This document shows, piece after piece, positions 44,121 through 56,911 of a stretch of 64,000 bases of DNA. The notes below the pieces were generated by a model. That model ran no database searches, had not been told where the DNA came from, and worked only from the letters and a program-made list of their open reading frames with translations. Origin of the DNA: Massalongia carnosa (lineage: Eukaryota); contig OZ287067.1 of NCBI GenBank assembly GCA_965645245.1, positions 186,001 to 250,000 on the forward strand, read 5' to 3'. The position numbers and the translations under genes were made by a program. Positions within the stretch are counted from its first letter, which is position 1. The number at the start of each line of letters is the position of its first letter.

Positions 44121-44770
44121 GTCGGGGAAAGCGGTCTGCGTAGGCAAGCGGTCTGCGTAGTTTCAATTTCAGGATTTGTCTGGATTCACCCATTTTACCA
44201 CCTATTTTGCACGACCGCAACCTACGACCGTTAGCTGTTATTATTCATACCATAGATAGATATCAACTGCACATCCTAACTGCTCATTTATCAACCGGGA
44301 ATGCATTATATTTTTTCCAATTTCACCAGTTTTATCACCTACTTGCAACTCATTTGCGACGCCGTCTCATCATGATTTGCAACCTCCATTTGCTTTATTT
44401 TCAACCTCATTTGCAAATATTATTGATAAGAACGGGAGAAGGTGGTTGATGACCGGCGGCGTTGATGCTTTCGATTATGATGAGAGATTTGCGATTTTCT
44501 GGACTGATTGAATAGAACTCCTTAATATCTGATGGAACCATAATTTCATGACCCTTCATACACTCAACTCGAAATCCTGCTTCATCAAAGTTCCAGATAT
44601 CTTGGGAACGAGTTATCCCCAACTCTGCAAGGACCCGCTGATATCGATCAAATCATGATCTCACATCTGACTCCTGAGCCGCAGTATATCAAACAACTAC
44701 CAGCGGCTTGATCTTTATCTTGTGCAGGCTGTTGTCTTTCCACCATTGTATAAACTACCAGCGGACTTGA
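44121..44770 (-). mobile_element. pogo/Fot1-like fragment with one terminus
   Basis: DIWNFDEAGFRV..ENRKSLIIIESINAAG in ORF 44407..44622; duplicated aagcggtctgcgtag after a TA at 44119, typical of Fot1-type TIRs. Confidence 0.65.
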
Positions 44771-44773
44771 TCG

Positions 44774-46247
44774 GTGCAGAAAATATGTGATGAGGTGCGG
44801 AAAAAACAATTAGATCAGGAGATTTTGTGCAATCAACAGCGAATACGCAATCCTAGATTGATCGATAGAAATGCTTTTACGTTACTCATTGGGAAAATTA
44901 CGCATCATGCCATTGGCCTCGTTTCCAGAGAACTCGATGCCGCCAAATCATTAGCTGAACGAATCCTTTCTATTGTCCTTGATGGTGGAAGCTGTGTTTA
45001 TGATTGTGAGTTGCCTTTAAGGTACGGTCTCCCATGCAAATGCTGATTGTATAAATGCATCATGGACTCAGTCCCTATTCCCGTTTCCCTCATCCACCCC
45101 CGCTGGTTTTTTGATGGCCCACCTTATGCGGTCTCTTGGCAAATGACCTTCGATTTCGCTCGCGGCTCGGAGCCCGAGGTCGAAAAGATCGTCGATGAGG
45201 TCGAAGGGACGGGAGAGATTGAGGCGGATAAGGATGAGGTCGTGCTCGAAGAAGGCGTGCTGAGTGAGGATAGATTTCGCCGCGGGGGCCTTGATTTGCT
45301 ACATTCTGTGGCATATCAATCTATTGACCTGCATCAATCAATAGAAGATTCTCATCGAAGGGAGGAGTACGCTCGCGAGCATGCTCACATCGTTGAAAAG
45401 TTCAATAAGAAATGGCAAAAGAAGGAGCTGGTAAGACCTCTCATCCCACCACATTCCCCGACGAAATTCGGCCCAAAGAAAACCTCATGTATAAGAAAGG
45501 AGGGAGTCGTCGACGTGCCTACACTGGTCGCGAGGCAGCTGAGGCTAGAGAAACTGAACAGCGACGTACTAGGCGAAGCGACTCTATTGAACAAGGGAGG
45601 AAGCTTAGATATAATAGATTGCGTGCTGGGGGCGACGATGAGGTTGAAGGTGAAACAGAAGGTAAAATTCACGATGGTGCAAAGTTATTGCGCTCGGGTC
45701 GGCTAATATTGGGTACAATAGTTTAGGAGAAAACTTAGTTATGGCGAGAATCGAAAACGCGTCTATCGTCTCCGACGACGATGACGAGGTGCAGTATATA
45801 AGCACTCAGCCCATTCTCGGTCGTTCTATGGATCCTATGCTTCCTTCGGATGACGGAAATGATATTATTCTTACATCAGAAGCCTCGTCGGATTCGCTCG
45901 AAGATATTGACGATGTGCTTGCCAAGCATAGTCAAAAAGCCCTACCTCAGGCAGCGCCGGCTCCATCTCTTTATAGTCTTAGCCAAAACGTGTGCGCCAG
46001 TCAAATTCTCCCTACTTCCTCTGCAACAACGCGAAGGTCTCGGGGTGTGGCGAAGAAATCAAAGGCTCAGTTGGAGTTGGAATCTCAGCAAAGAGTAGAG
46101 AAATCAGTCAAACAGGCTAGGGCTCAAGCGAGAAAGGAAACGGCGATGAGAAAGGTGGCTAAAACCATGAAGCCTAGAAAAGATGATGTATCGCAATTGG
46201 CTGACGAGTTTTTGGAGTTGAAGTCATCGCAATCGGTAGATTTGTAG
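44774..46247 (+). pseudogene. 3' part of a MULE-like transposase
   Basis: SWIM-like CVYDCELPLRYGLPCKC followed by IPVSLIHPRW, then a low-complexity charged tail; stops and frameshifts. Confidence 0.65.
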
Positions 46248-48024
46248 GTGTGGAATACACTTAGTCAGTAACAGCAACATTATTAATACGTAGTGTAACT
46301 GCTAGCTTGTACGCACCCTGGATGAGTAGTAAAAAGGCTGTTTAGTAAAGATTTACACAGGGGGGGGGGGGGGGGGACGGTCGGGGAGTGTCCCTAAGCA
46401 TCTCGGAACATAAACTCAGTAAATCCTTTATATCTCTCTCGTATAGTGGAAGTTACTGGTTCTTGTCTCTCCTGTGCTGTCCTGTCCTCCATATTCGATT
46501 ATTTCCTCGACGGTGTCCCAATACCACACTAGTCTCATCTTATGAAATATAAATTCACTTTGTAGGTATAGTAGCATGATTGTCATTGAAGGTAATTATC
46601 TATGTGGGCTATTTGTCTGCTTTATATAGCAGTCACAAAACAGTCACATCTAGGAGGTCAGACCTTGTCCCCCTGACGGTCAGACTTTGTCTCCCATCTC
46701 TGCTTGTTTAGGCACTTTGCAAGGCACCTCCCGAGGCTCATGATGGATGCCCATGATAATGGTGGCCTCATCATCTAACATCCAACACATCTGTCCAAAT
46801 TACACGTTTCCAATCCTCCATTGTCCAATCTTTGTACTTGATAGCGAATTCTAGGCGGGATTTCTTCATAGCGGGAGTGAGATCTGGCTTCCATATTGGT
46901 TTGACTTTTTTATATCCATTATTTAGTATGTGTTGAATATCCAATTCCTACCAGCACAATGAACTCCTATCAGTACAATGAACATAGCACCTACGGCTGC
47001 CCTAGATGGACAGATCATCTACGAAAACCATAGATGCCGCATTAGGCTTAGTCCCAAGATAAGATAAGATCACCTCGCTTAGAAGGGGGTGACCAGTCAC
47101 GCGCGTGACAGAAACAGGAGGACACCAAAATTTCCCCGCACCACCCACACCTTAGTTTTTTAATTTTTACATCGTACATACACACATTTATCAATTCTTT
47201 ATAAGCAATGGAGCCTGTTCTAGAGTCACGAATCACTATAAATACTGAGCATACCACTCCTACCAAGGCGAAAGGGATTTGGCATTCAAAGCGAGAGGTT
47301 TTCGAGTTTTTCGGTGTGGGACATACTCGAGGTTATGAAATACTCAACGATCAAGAAACTAATCGACGGCATGATCATACAAACAAATCGGAGACTCGTG
47401 GTCAGCCTCGCAAACTGTCAAAGAAGCAGATAGATCGTATGGATGAAATATTGCAAACCTGGCTTGGAGGGAAGATCACTGACCTGGAATCAACTGGGTG
47501 CAGCTGCTGTGTCATGAAATAAAGTTTGAGTTAAAACCTAATGATTACCGAACCGTCAAGCGGCGATCGAGGTAAAAGCCACCTGAAAGCCTATTCAGAT
47601 TCATCCTCGGTATGAGTCTGAATAAACCCCTTACTCCACTCCACCAATCTCCTCACTCCACTATACCCTCTTATCGCTAGAACGATCACATCCACGGGCC
47701 CACTTATCGCTCCACCTTATCACCGCCACCATCACCAAAATCTCTCATCTAGGGTGAAGGTAAAACATGAGAAGAAGGGGCTGGCTCAGGTATAAAAAGA
47801 GGACATATCCTGTAGATAGTTGACTCCTCGTCCGACGTCTTGTATAGCAAACCATCCCCTAGCTATAGCTTCATTAATAAAGACATCTTGATCACCCAAT
47901 CCCAGTCTTAGGAACATTAGTTCAATCCCTAACCCAGTCCTTGACATTACGTCGGACCTGATCATTATAAGTGCCCTCCAAAGCATTTTTCTCCCATCTA
48001 TCCCCTTTACCATAATCCATCGTC

Positions 48025-49182
48025 ATGACTGATCAAATGGATACCGAATCGACTCAAACCGCCGCAGAATATCTTCAAGGACATATCAACGAAAACCCTC
48101 AAGGACTCGTTGATAGCATCGCTCGCATGCAGGCCGAGAATGCGGAACTTCATCGACGAATCGATGCTTTGTCGACTCAGGCTCCTGTCCCCGCTCCCGT
48201 CCCCGCTCCTGCTATCAATCCCACCTTGGACTCTCAGCTGGCTGAGGTGATGAAGATCCTCTTAGCCAAAAAACCCGTCGATATCCGTTCCGAGAAGCTC
48301 CCTGACATCTCCGAATACGATGGTGAGGAAGCCAAATTGGACTCCTGGGAGCAAAGCCTGATCCAACGAATGCATGTTAATCATGATCGTTATCCAACCG
48401 ACGTCGCCAAGATCGCCTATGCGGAGAACCGACTCACCATTGGGAAAAGAGCTCACAACCTCATGAACGCCTATCGATTAGACGGCATCTGCACGCTAAA
48501 GACCTTCTTCGAATGGCGTACCGCTCTTCGTAAGGCTTGCGGTAATCCCTTCGAGCAGGAAGATGCTCGCAAGTATCTTTGCGAGACCCTTAAACAGGGT
48601 ACTCTGAGTTTCGAAGAGTACTATAACCTCTTCGCCCAGAAAAAGGATCGCTCCAAAATGGAGGATGCTTCTCTAATTGATGCCATGAAGTCCAACATCA
48701 ATTATGCCATTCAAGCCGCCGCCGTCCACTATCGAGTCCCCGGAACCAACCTGGAACCAGTCACCTTCGATCAACATGTCGCAATGTGGTTGAATACCGA
48801 TCGGAAAATTCGCCAGATCAAACACCTGGCTCCCAACAACAGGACTACCCCGACATCCACAACCACCTCGTCTCAGCGAAAGGATAAAGCGACCATCACT
48901 CTCGCCGCACCCCTTGCTCGCACACCGGATATCCCTTCCGCACCAGTCCCAATTCCTTCTATCGGAGATCCCATGGACCTGAGCCAGGCTATGGCAGCCG
49001 TCAAGGGTAAATCGCTGAAAACGGAAGGGGTGAGGGATATCTGTGATAAATGGAATCTCTGCCATTATTGCAAGCAAAAACACCCGGGGAAGACAGCCAT
49101 CGACTGTCCTAATAAGAAAACCAGTCTTCGCTCATCAGATACGACCTTCATTTCCGAGCTCGAAGACTCGAAAAAAGCCTAG
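48025..49182 (+). CDS. gag: G4 Gag (385 aa)
   Basis: Open ORF with GDPMDLS and CHYCKQKHPGKTAIDC. Confidence 0.92.
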   Translation: MTDQMDTESTQTAAEYLQGHINENPQGLVDSIARMQAENAELHRRIDALSTQAPVPAPVPAPAINPTLDSQLAEVMKILLAKKPVDIRSEKLPDISEYDGEEAKLDSWEQSLIQRMHVNHDRYPTDVAKIAYAENRLTIGKRAHNLMNAYRLDGICTLKTFFEWRTALRKACGNPFEQEDARKYLCETLKQGTLSFEEYYNLFAQKKDRSKMEDASLIDAMKSNINYAIQAAAVHYRVPGTNLEPVTFDQHVAMWLNTDRKIRQIKHLAPNNRTTPTSTTTSSQRKDKATITLAAPLARTPDIPSAPVPIPSIGDPMDLSQAMAAVKGKSLKTEGVRDICDKWNLCHYCKQKHPGKTAIDCPNKKTSLRSSDTTFISELEDSKKA

Positions 49183-52100
49183 GTCCTGCGCATCGTCGCG
49201 CGCAGGAACCATTTCTCATTTCTTCTTGTCTGCTAGCCAATTCTTTTTCTCCCCCCCTCCGATCAAACACTCGCTTTTCTGCAGCAACCGCTTTGGAGCA
49301 ATTTGAGTCTGAAGAGGCGTTTAGAGATAGCCACTTAGTGGTTTCATGTACTTTACGTCTCGGTAGATCTCGAATTCAAACTCTTAGTTTGATTGACTGT
49401 GGTGCATCCGGCTATGCATTCATTGACAAGAAATTCGCGCAAACTAATCAAATCCCTCTTCATTCTCTGAAATACGCTCGACGCCTCGAAGGTTTTGACG
49501 GTCAACCGGCCCTGACTGGAAACATCACTCATGCGGCCGAAGTAATCATGGATCTAAACGGACACACGGAAGAAATGTTTCTCTTCGTAACTGGATTGAA
49601 AACATACCCCATTGTTCTCGGACACCCGTGGCTGCGTCGGCATCAAGCCCATATCGATTTCAACACCAACTCTCTATCATTGGCGTCTCCTTTCTGCCTC
49701 GCTCACTGCTGTCCTCGTCCGGTCAAAGTACAAGCTCGTACTGAGGAAGAAGTTCTTTCGCCTGCTGAAAGTCAGGAGGTGTGGAAATCCGAGGACATAA
49801 ATCCAGCCTCAATTGAAGCCTCAATTGAAACCTCAACAATCACAATCACGCCCGAAAACGTCGGCCAGGAGACCTCCGTGAAGGAGGAGATGAAAGACGT
49901 CAGTCGCATTGAAAAAGCGATTGAACAAGGCAACCCACCAAAAATTCGATACCGAAGCCCCTCCTCCAAACGAACTTCGGTAGAAAGACGCGCCGCTCAG
50001 CAAAAAACCAAACCCTCAGTCATGGACATCTGCGAATTGTCTCGGACGCAAAGAAAACCACGAGATGTTTAGCCTCTCCTTGAAAGAAATCGATCGCTTC
50101 CTCGGAGAGACCCCAACCGAACCCAAAACCGAAATCCAATCCGCAACCGAATTCAGTCGCCATAGCAGTCTGAATAAACCGAAACCAACCTATCAACCCA
50201 ACCCGCGTCACAGTCCTAGTGAAAAGGAACTTCATCTAGCCCTGTTTCGCATGAACCAAGCCCTGACACTGCAGACATCAGTGACCGCCCAAGAATTAGA
50301 CGAATATCGCAAGCAGAAAAACGTCGATCCAGCCCTCCTCCTTCCCAAGCAATACCACGACCTATTGCACGCCTTTTCCAAAAAAGACTCTGACGTCTTA
50401 GCCGATCATCGACCCTATGACCATGCCATCAAGCTAAAAGAAGGCTTTCAGGCACCCAATCAAGCTCTTTACGGCATGAGCCGTGATGAGATTCAAGAAC
50501 TTCGTCGCTATCTGGATGAGAACCTGGCTAAAGGTTTCATTCGAGCGAGCAAATCGCCCGCCGCGTCCCCGGTTATGTTCGTAAAAAAGCCGGGAGGAGG
50601 ACTTCGCTTTTGCGTGGACTATCGAGGTCTCAATGCAGTCACCGTAAAAAATCGATATCCACTTCCCCTGATTGCTGAAACCCTGCATCGATTAGCCAGG
50701 GCCAAGATATTCACCAAGCTAGATATCATTGCAGCCTTTAATCGCCTTCGAATCAAAGAGGGGGATGAGGAACTCACCGCCTTTCGAACTCGTTTCGGCC
50801 TATTCGAATCCCTGGTCTTGCCTTTCGGTCTGTGCAACGGACCCGCCTCTTTTCAACATTTCATCAACGACATTCTTCGAGAATTTCTTGACGATTTCTG
50901 TACAGCCTATCTCGATGATATCCTTATCTATAGTGAAACCGAAGGCGAACACGAGATCCATGTCAGAAGAGTTCTCAACAAATTGATAGAAAACGGGCTA
51001 CAATGCGACATCACCAAATCCAAATTCCATGTTAAAGAGGTTGCATATCTGGGATTAATCGTAACCACCGAGGGTATCAGAATGGATTCTGCCAAAGTCG
51101 AAACCGTAACCAACTGGCCAACCCCGATCAACATGAAGGATGTTCAAAGCTTTTTGGGATTCGCTAACTTCTATAGAAGATTCATCTATGGCTTCAGTAA
51201 TATAGCCGGTCCACTAACGAATCTAACCAAGAAGGAAGTCGAGTTCAACTGGACTGATCAATGTCAGCAAGCTTTCAATACTCTCAAAAATGCTTTTACC
51301 TCCGAAAAAGTGCTTCTGCATTTCAACCCTGACAAACCCATCATCGTCGAAACTGACGCTTCCGATTATGTCTCCGCTGGTATTCTCTCGCAATATGATG
51401 ATGAAAACGTGCTGCGCCCCATCGCCTACTTCTCCAAAAAACACAATCCGGCCGAATGCAACTACGAGATCTACGACAAAGAGTTAATGGCCATCGTCCG
51501 TTGCTTTGAAGAATGGAGACCCGAGTTGGAAGGCTCTGCTTTTCCCATTAGCGTAATTTCAGACCATAAAAACTTGGAATACTTCGCTTCCACCAAGCAG
51601 CTCAGTCGCAGACAGGCCCGTTGGTCTGAATTCTTGTCTCGTTTTGACTTTAAAATAGTCTATCGACCCGGAAAAGCTGGAGGAAAGCCAGATGCATTAA
51701 CTCGTCGATCAGGAGATCTCCCTAAAGAGGGGGATGAAACCGACGAAAGACAAAAATACCAGCATCAAACCATACTGAAAACTCACAACCTAGATGATAA
51801 AGTTGCAGCAAGCTTCCTCTCCACCATAATGCTAGCCCCTACGTTCATCGAACCCGAGCCCGAGTTCATTGCACCCGATCCCGAGTTCATCGAACCCGAC
51901 CGAGCTGACGAACCCCAGTTGGATCAACCTACCGATCAAGTCGATTCCGATCAAGACCCTCTAGATGTCCCCACTCAACTGTTATGGGAACAGGCTCAAC
52001 TTCGAGATCAATTCGCATCAAAAATCCTAGACGCACTCCATGACAACGTCCGTCATCATCCTAAAATTCAGCTAGCCGAGTGTGAGAATAGAGATGGAGT

Positions 52101-53517
52101 TCTTTATTTTCGCGATCGCAAGTACGTACCCAAGTCAGATCGCCTGAGACTTCGTCTCATCCAGCATGCCCACGACAGTGTAGCGGGTAGTCATCCTAGC
52201 CACTCCAAGTGTTATGAGTTGATGAGTCGATCGTACTAGTGGCCCAATATGCATCAAACCGTAAAAAGATTCATTCGCAACTGTCACACCTGTAAGCGAT
52301 CCAAACCGTCCCGTCAACGATATCAAGGCTGGCTGCGCCCTCTATCCCCGCCTGAACGTCGATGGCGTGATGTCTCTATGGACTATGTAGGACCACTGCC
52401 TCCTAGTACCTTCATGGGTGTCACCTATCGATATGTTCTGGTCTTCATCGACCGTCTCTCCAAGATGCGACACTTTGTCCCTACCACCTCCATGGAGGCA
52501 GAAGAAGCTGCCAACTCCTTCTATCAGAACGTGTGGAAATTACACGGACTCCCCGACGCCTTGACTTCCGATCGAGGCACTCAGTTCACCTCCGACTTCT
52601 GGGAACTCATGTGTAAACGTCTTAAGATTGATGCTAGGTTATCAACCAGCTTTCACCCTGAAACCGACGGCCAAACCGAAAGGGCTAATGCGACCATGGA
52701 GCACTATCTTCGAGCCTATGTCAGTTATATGCAAGACGACTGGGCTCAGTACTTACCAGGTGCTGAATTCGCTAGCAACAACACCGACTCCTCCAGTATC
52801 CTCGCTTCTCCCTTCCTAGCCAATCACGGACAACATCCTCGAGTAGGATTCGAGCCCGAAGAACCTCTACCCCATGATCTGACCGCTCAAGGAAGAGCCA
52901 ACCTGGTTGCCGCTAATCAGTTCGTGGATAAGATGAAGGATGTAGATACTCATCTTCATGACGAAATGTTAATCGCACAAGCCTCCTACGAAGCCACCGC
53001 TAACGAGAATCGTCGCCCGTGCCCCCGCTATCTCGTGGATGATATGGTATGGTTAAATACTCGAAACATTCAGACAGCCCGACCGGCAGCCAAACTGAAT
53101 GATCGACACGCCGGCCCCTATAGGGTCACCAAAGTATTTTCCAATCCTCTTATCGTTCAGCTTGAACTTCCCGACACGCTACAAGTTCATCCCGTTTTTC
53201 ATGTCAACCTTCTGCAGCACGATGCAGACGATCCTCTTCCTGGCCAACTTCACGAACCTCGAAATCCTATAGTCGGTACAGACGGTCAACGCGAGTGGTA
53301 TGTCAACAGTATTCTCAACTCAAAGACGGATCGACGTTATCAACCACCGCTCCTCAAATATCTTGTGAATTGGGAAGGACATCCTATGACATGGGAACCT
53401 TTTAACCTGCTAACCAATTGTCAGCAAGCAATCGATGAATTTCATGAAGCTTACCCTCATGCCATAGGGCCTCACATAATCCCTTGTCTCATTCCTCGAT
53501 GTCAGTGTCATGACTGA
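49170..53517 (+). pseudogene. pol: G4 pol, with a frameshift near 50040 and a TAG at 52237
   Basis: [39 protein letters not shown], chromodomain WYVNSIL..YLVNWEG..TWEP. Confidence 0.92.
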
Positions 53518-54841
53518 ACCAGCATCGCAGGAGCTCAGCCTTCGAAGGGGGAGCTACTGTCATGAAATAAAGTTTGAGTTAAAACCTAATGATTACCGAA
53601 CCGTCAAGCGGCGATCGAGGTAAAAGCCACCTGAAAGCCTATTCAGATTCATCCTCGGTATGAGTCTGAATAAACCCCTTACTCCACTCCACCAATCTCC
53701 TCACTCCACTATACCCTCTTATCGCTAGAACGATCACATCCACGGGCCCACTTATCGCTCCACCTTATCACCGCCACCATCACCAAAATCTCTCATCTAG
53801 GGTGAAGGTAAAACATGAGAAAGAAGGGGCTGGCTCAGGTATAAAAAGAGGACATATCCTGTAGATAGTTGACTCCTCGTCCGACGTATTGTATAGCAAA
53901 CCATCCCCTAGCTATAGCTTCATTAATAAAGACATCTTGATCACCCAATCCCAGTCTTAGGAACATTAGTTCAATCCCTAACCCAGTCCTTGACATGCTG
54001 AGACTTCCTCCGTCTCCTGGCGTACTATACAACGAGCGATGCATGAACGAAACTATCGTAAATGTCTCGCACGCACAAAAACCTACGTCCCGAAAGATTT
54101 GATGATTGCACGAAAGGACTGGGCTTGGAACAAACGAAACACATACTCGTTGAATGATTGGAAAAGAGTTCGCTTTTCCGATGAAGTTCATTTCGGACGA
54201 GGACCTCAACGAAGACTACGCATCATTCGAAAACCTGGCGAGCGTACGTGTCAGGATTGCATTCAGGAACAACATGAGCCTGAAGAGAAGGACAAAAAAC
54301 AGAAACGATATCATTGTTGGGCTGCTGTGGGGTGGAACTTCAAATCAAAGCTGATTTTTTATGAGGTTCCCGGCAATTCGAATGGAAAGATGAGTCAGAT
54401 GGTGTATATTGACTTCGTTCTGGAACCGGTAGTAAAAACATGGCTCGAAACAGACCCGATTTTCGTGTTGGAAGAAGATGGCGATTCAGGACATTGGATC
54501 GGGGAAGGACGAGCATGGGCTAAAATACTACTTCAACTGCCCTCGTTCTCCTGATCTCTCTCCTATCGAAAATTGCTGGCAGGTGTCCAAACAACGGGTA
54601 GGTCGTCAACCTCATTGGGATGATGACACCACAATAGCTGCAATTAAGGCGGGTTGGGTCAGTCTTTCTCAGGAAACGATCAATGAATGGATCGAACCAA
54701 TGCCTAAAAGAATAGATGATGTTTTAGACATGAACGGCAAGATGACTAGATGGTAATTATTTTATAGATGGTAGTAAGTTCAAATTTGATGATATTCGCT
54801 TATTTTGGTGTCCGCCTGTTTCTGTCACGCGCGTGCCAGTA

Positions 54842-56711
54842 CGGAGGCGAATCTCAAAAGTAATGATAATACGCTAAAAGCTAGTGCCGTAATTTAAATT
54901 TTCCGTACCGAGCAAATTTTCCCCTTTTCTTTCCCCTTTTCTCATCCCAAATCATTTACGAACCAACATTTGATCAAATCATCATCATGGTCAATAAATC
55001 AGCTGATATTTCTTTGCGGGCTCAGGTCTTGACGTTGTCTTATTGCACCCCGGCCTCAATTGAATTTATTGCAGCTACTACAGGTTATTCTGTCCCCAAC
55101 ATTTATCGTATTCGTCGCATTGCCAGGGATCGAGGATTTGATCCCGCCATTTCTTTGCAGGTGCTTGATAAATACGCCCGTCATGAAGAAAAATCTGGTC
55201 GACCGAGAAAGGCTACTACTGAGAAAGAAGATGAAGTCATTGATCTAGTCATAAAAGACAGATACGCCCGTGAAAAAACCAGTGCCCAGTTGGCAAGAGA
55301 AGTTGGACTGTCCAGATGCACCGTGTGGAGAATCCTGAAACAAAGAGGCTATAAAAAAGTCAAACCGTCGTATAGACCAGGGCTTACTCCTGAAATGAAA
55401 GCGGCTAGACTGGCTTTTTGTCTCCTGTATAAAGACTGGACCGTGGAGGATTGGAAGCGGGTTATTTGGTCAGATGAAACAGCAATAGTGCTTGGTCACC
55501 GTCGCGGAGCTGTCAAAATTTGGCGTACAACCAAGGAAGGAAGAAGACCAGTCAAATCCACCGTACGTGCCAGGTGGCATGGGGCTCATGAATTCATGTT
55601 TTGGGGATGCTTTTCCTACGATTGGAAGGGGCCATGTCATTGCTGGAAACCGGAGACAAAAGCGGAAAAAGCGGAAGCCAAAACCAAGCTTGACGAGATG
55701 AATGCTGCATTGGAAGCCAGTGAGAGATTAAATTGGGAGCTGACCAATGGAATGAGACGTCTTTCAACTCGCAATTTACCAGGAAAAAAGCCGCAATGGA
55801 AATGGGATGAGGAACATGGAAAGATGATCAGAAAAGAGGTAAAGGAGGCATTGATTGGTGGCGGTATCAAAACGTCATACTTCTGCCAAAATTGATTCCT
55901 TTTGCTCAGCAATGCAATGCAAAAAGAAGAGAAGCCGGATTGTCTGAAATGATCGTACAGGAAGATAAGGCTCCGTCTCATGCTTCCAAGCATCAGATTC
56001 CCATCTTCTCTCGTCATGGCATCGAGCGTCTTTTATGGCCCGGAAATTCTCCTGATCTCAACATGATTGAACCCTGCTGGCCCTGGATGAAGCGACGTAC
56101 AACTGCCAAAGGTCCTCCTAGTTCTCGGTTAATTGCTGAATCTATGTGGCATCGCACTTGGGACGATCTACCTCAGGAGAATATTCAGGCATGGATTGAA
56201 AGAATTCCACGTCACATTGCAAAAGTCATTGAATTGGAAGGTGGAAATGAGTATTGCGAAGGACGTTTGGACGTTGATGGACGGACCAAAGAAGGAAAAA
56301 TGCGACTTCAACAGCTGAGGGAAGAATTGCTCAGTAATACAGCAAAACCAGCTTCTTCTTCTTCTTCTTCTTCTTCTTCTGTGGCGTCAACGAGACCATC
56401 ATCCAGACAATCAAATGATGATACACCCAGCCCGTTGAATGTCAGGGCAGTTACCCCTGAGCCCCCTACACAGAAGCCATTGACACCCCCCTTATTGAGA
56501 AAAAGAGCCGTTTTATCTCCGAAAAATCACCTTCCCCCACGCATTCAGAAGGTTATTCGTACTGCAGCCAGTTTCAGACCAAAAAGACGTTGATTAGATG
56601 GTTGGTAATGGCATTTGTAGATAGTTGGTAGAATTTCAGGCTCGGTATGGAAAATCTAAATTACGGCGCTAGTCTTTAGCGTATTATCATTACTTTTGAG
56701 ATTCGCCTCTG
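54842..56711 (+). mobile_element. Tc1-like element B, ~70-bp TIRs, TA TSD; DD34E transposase 54987-56593 with one frameshift
   Basis: cggaggcgaatctcaaaagtaatgataatacgctaaa.. inverted at 56640-56711; VIWSDET, QEDKAPSH-(34)-SPDLNMIE. Confidence 0.92.
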
Positions 56712-56911
56712 TAATAGGAAAAGATTGCTACCTAGCAACTCTTTATCCTTAACATCACGGTCATACATACCTTTATTGTTACATAGCTATATAGCCATAG
56801 TAATATACCTATTTCAACAGTATGCGAGCTACTGAACTTTGAGATACCTTTACTTCCGCAGCTATCTCAAGGGTTGATTTTTCTCTTCCATGTCGATGTG
56901 TGGTGACTTTT

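Larger units (their letters stand above)
47510..53995 (+). mobile_element. Full-length chromovirus G4 (6486 bp), relative of G1
   Basis: LTRs 47510-47946 and 53558-53995 (one substitution and one indel seen); TSD TGCTG; PPT gaagggggag. Confidence 0.96.
47098..54835 (+). mobile_element. Tc1-like TIR element A2 with 5-bp TSD CCAGT, interrupted by G4; transposase pseudogene 47208-54756
   Basis: Same TIRs and body as A1; CCAGT at 47093-47097 and 54836-54840. Confidence 0.93.
46931..56819. repeat. Solo LTR split by A2 and B (46931-47097 plus 56712-56819)
   Basis: tgttgaa...ttcaaca; TSD GTATG; the halves join to match 23468-23739 inverted. Confidence 0.9.
46790..56911 (-). pseudogene. Tc1-like transposase remnant (56825-56911 plus 46790-46930), outermost host of the 47-57 kb nest
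   Basis: Joined across the insert it reads KVTTHRHGREKSTLEIAAEVKVSQSSVARILNNGYKKVKPIWKPDLTPAMKKSRLEFAIKYKDWTMEDWKRVIWTD, the same clade as B and E. Confidence 0.8.

Noticed and set aside
46350..46377. Long G run as a G-quadruplex or MULE TIR
   Set aside because: No matching inverted end is seen and homopolymer length is unreliable.
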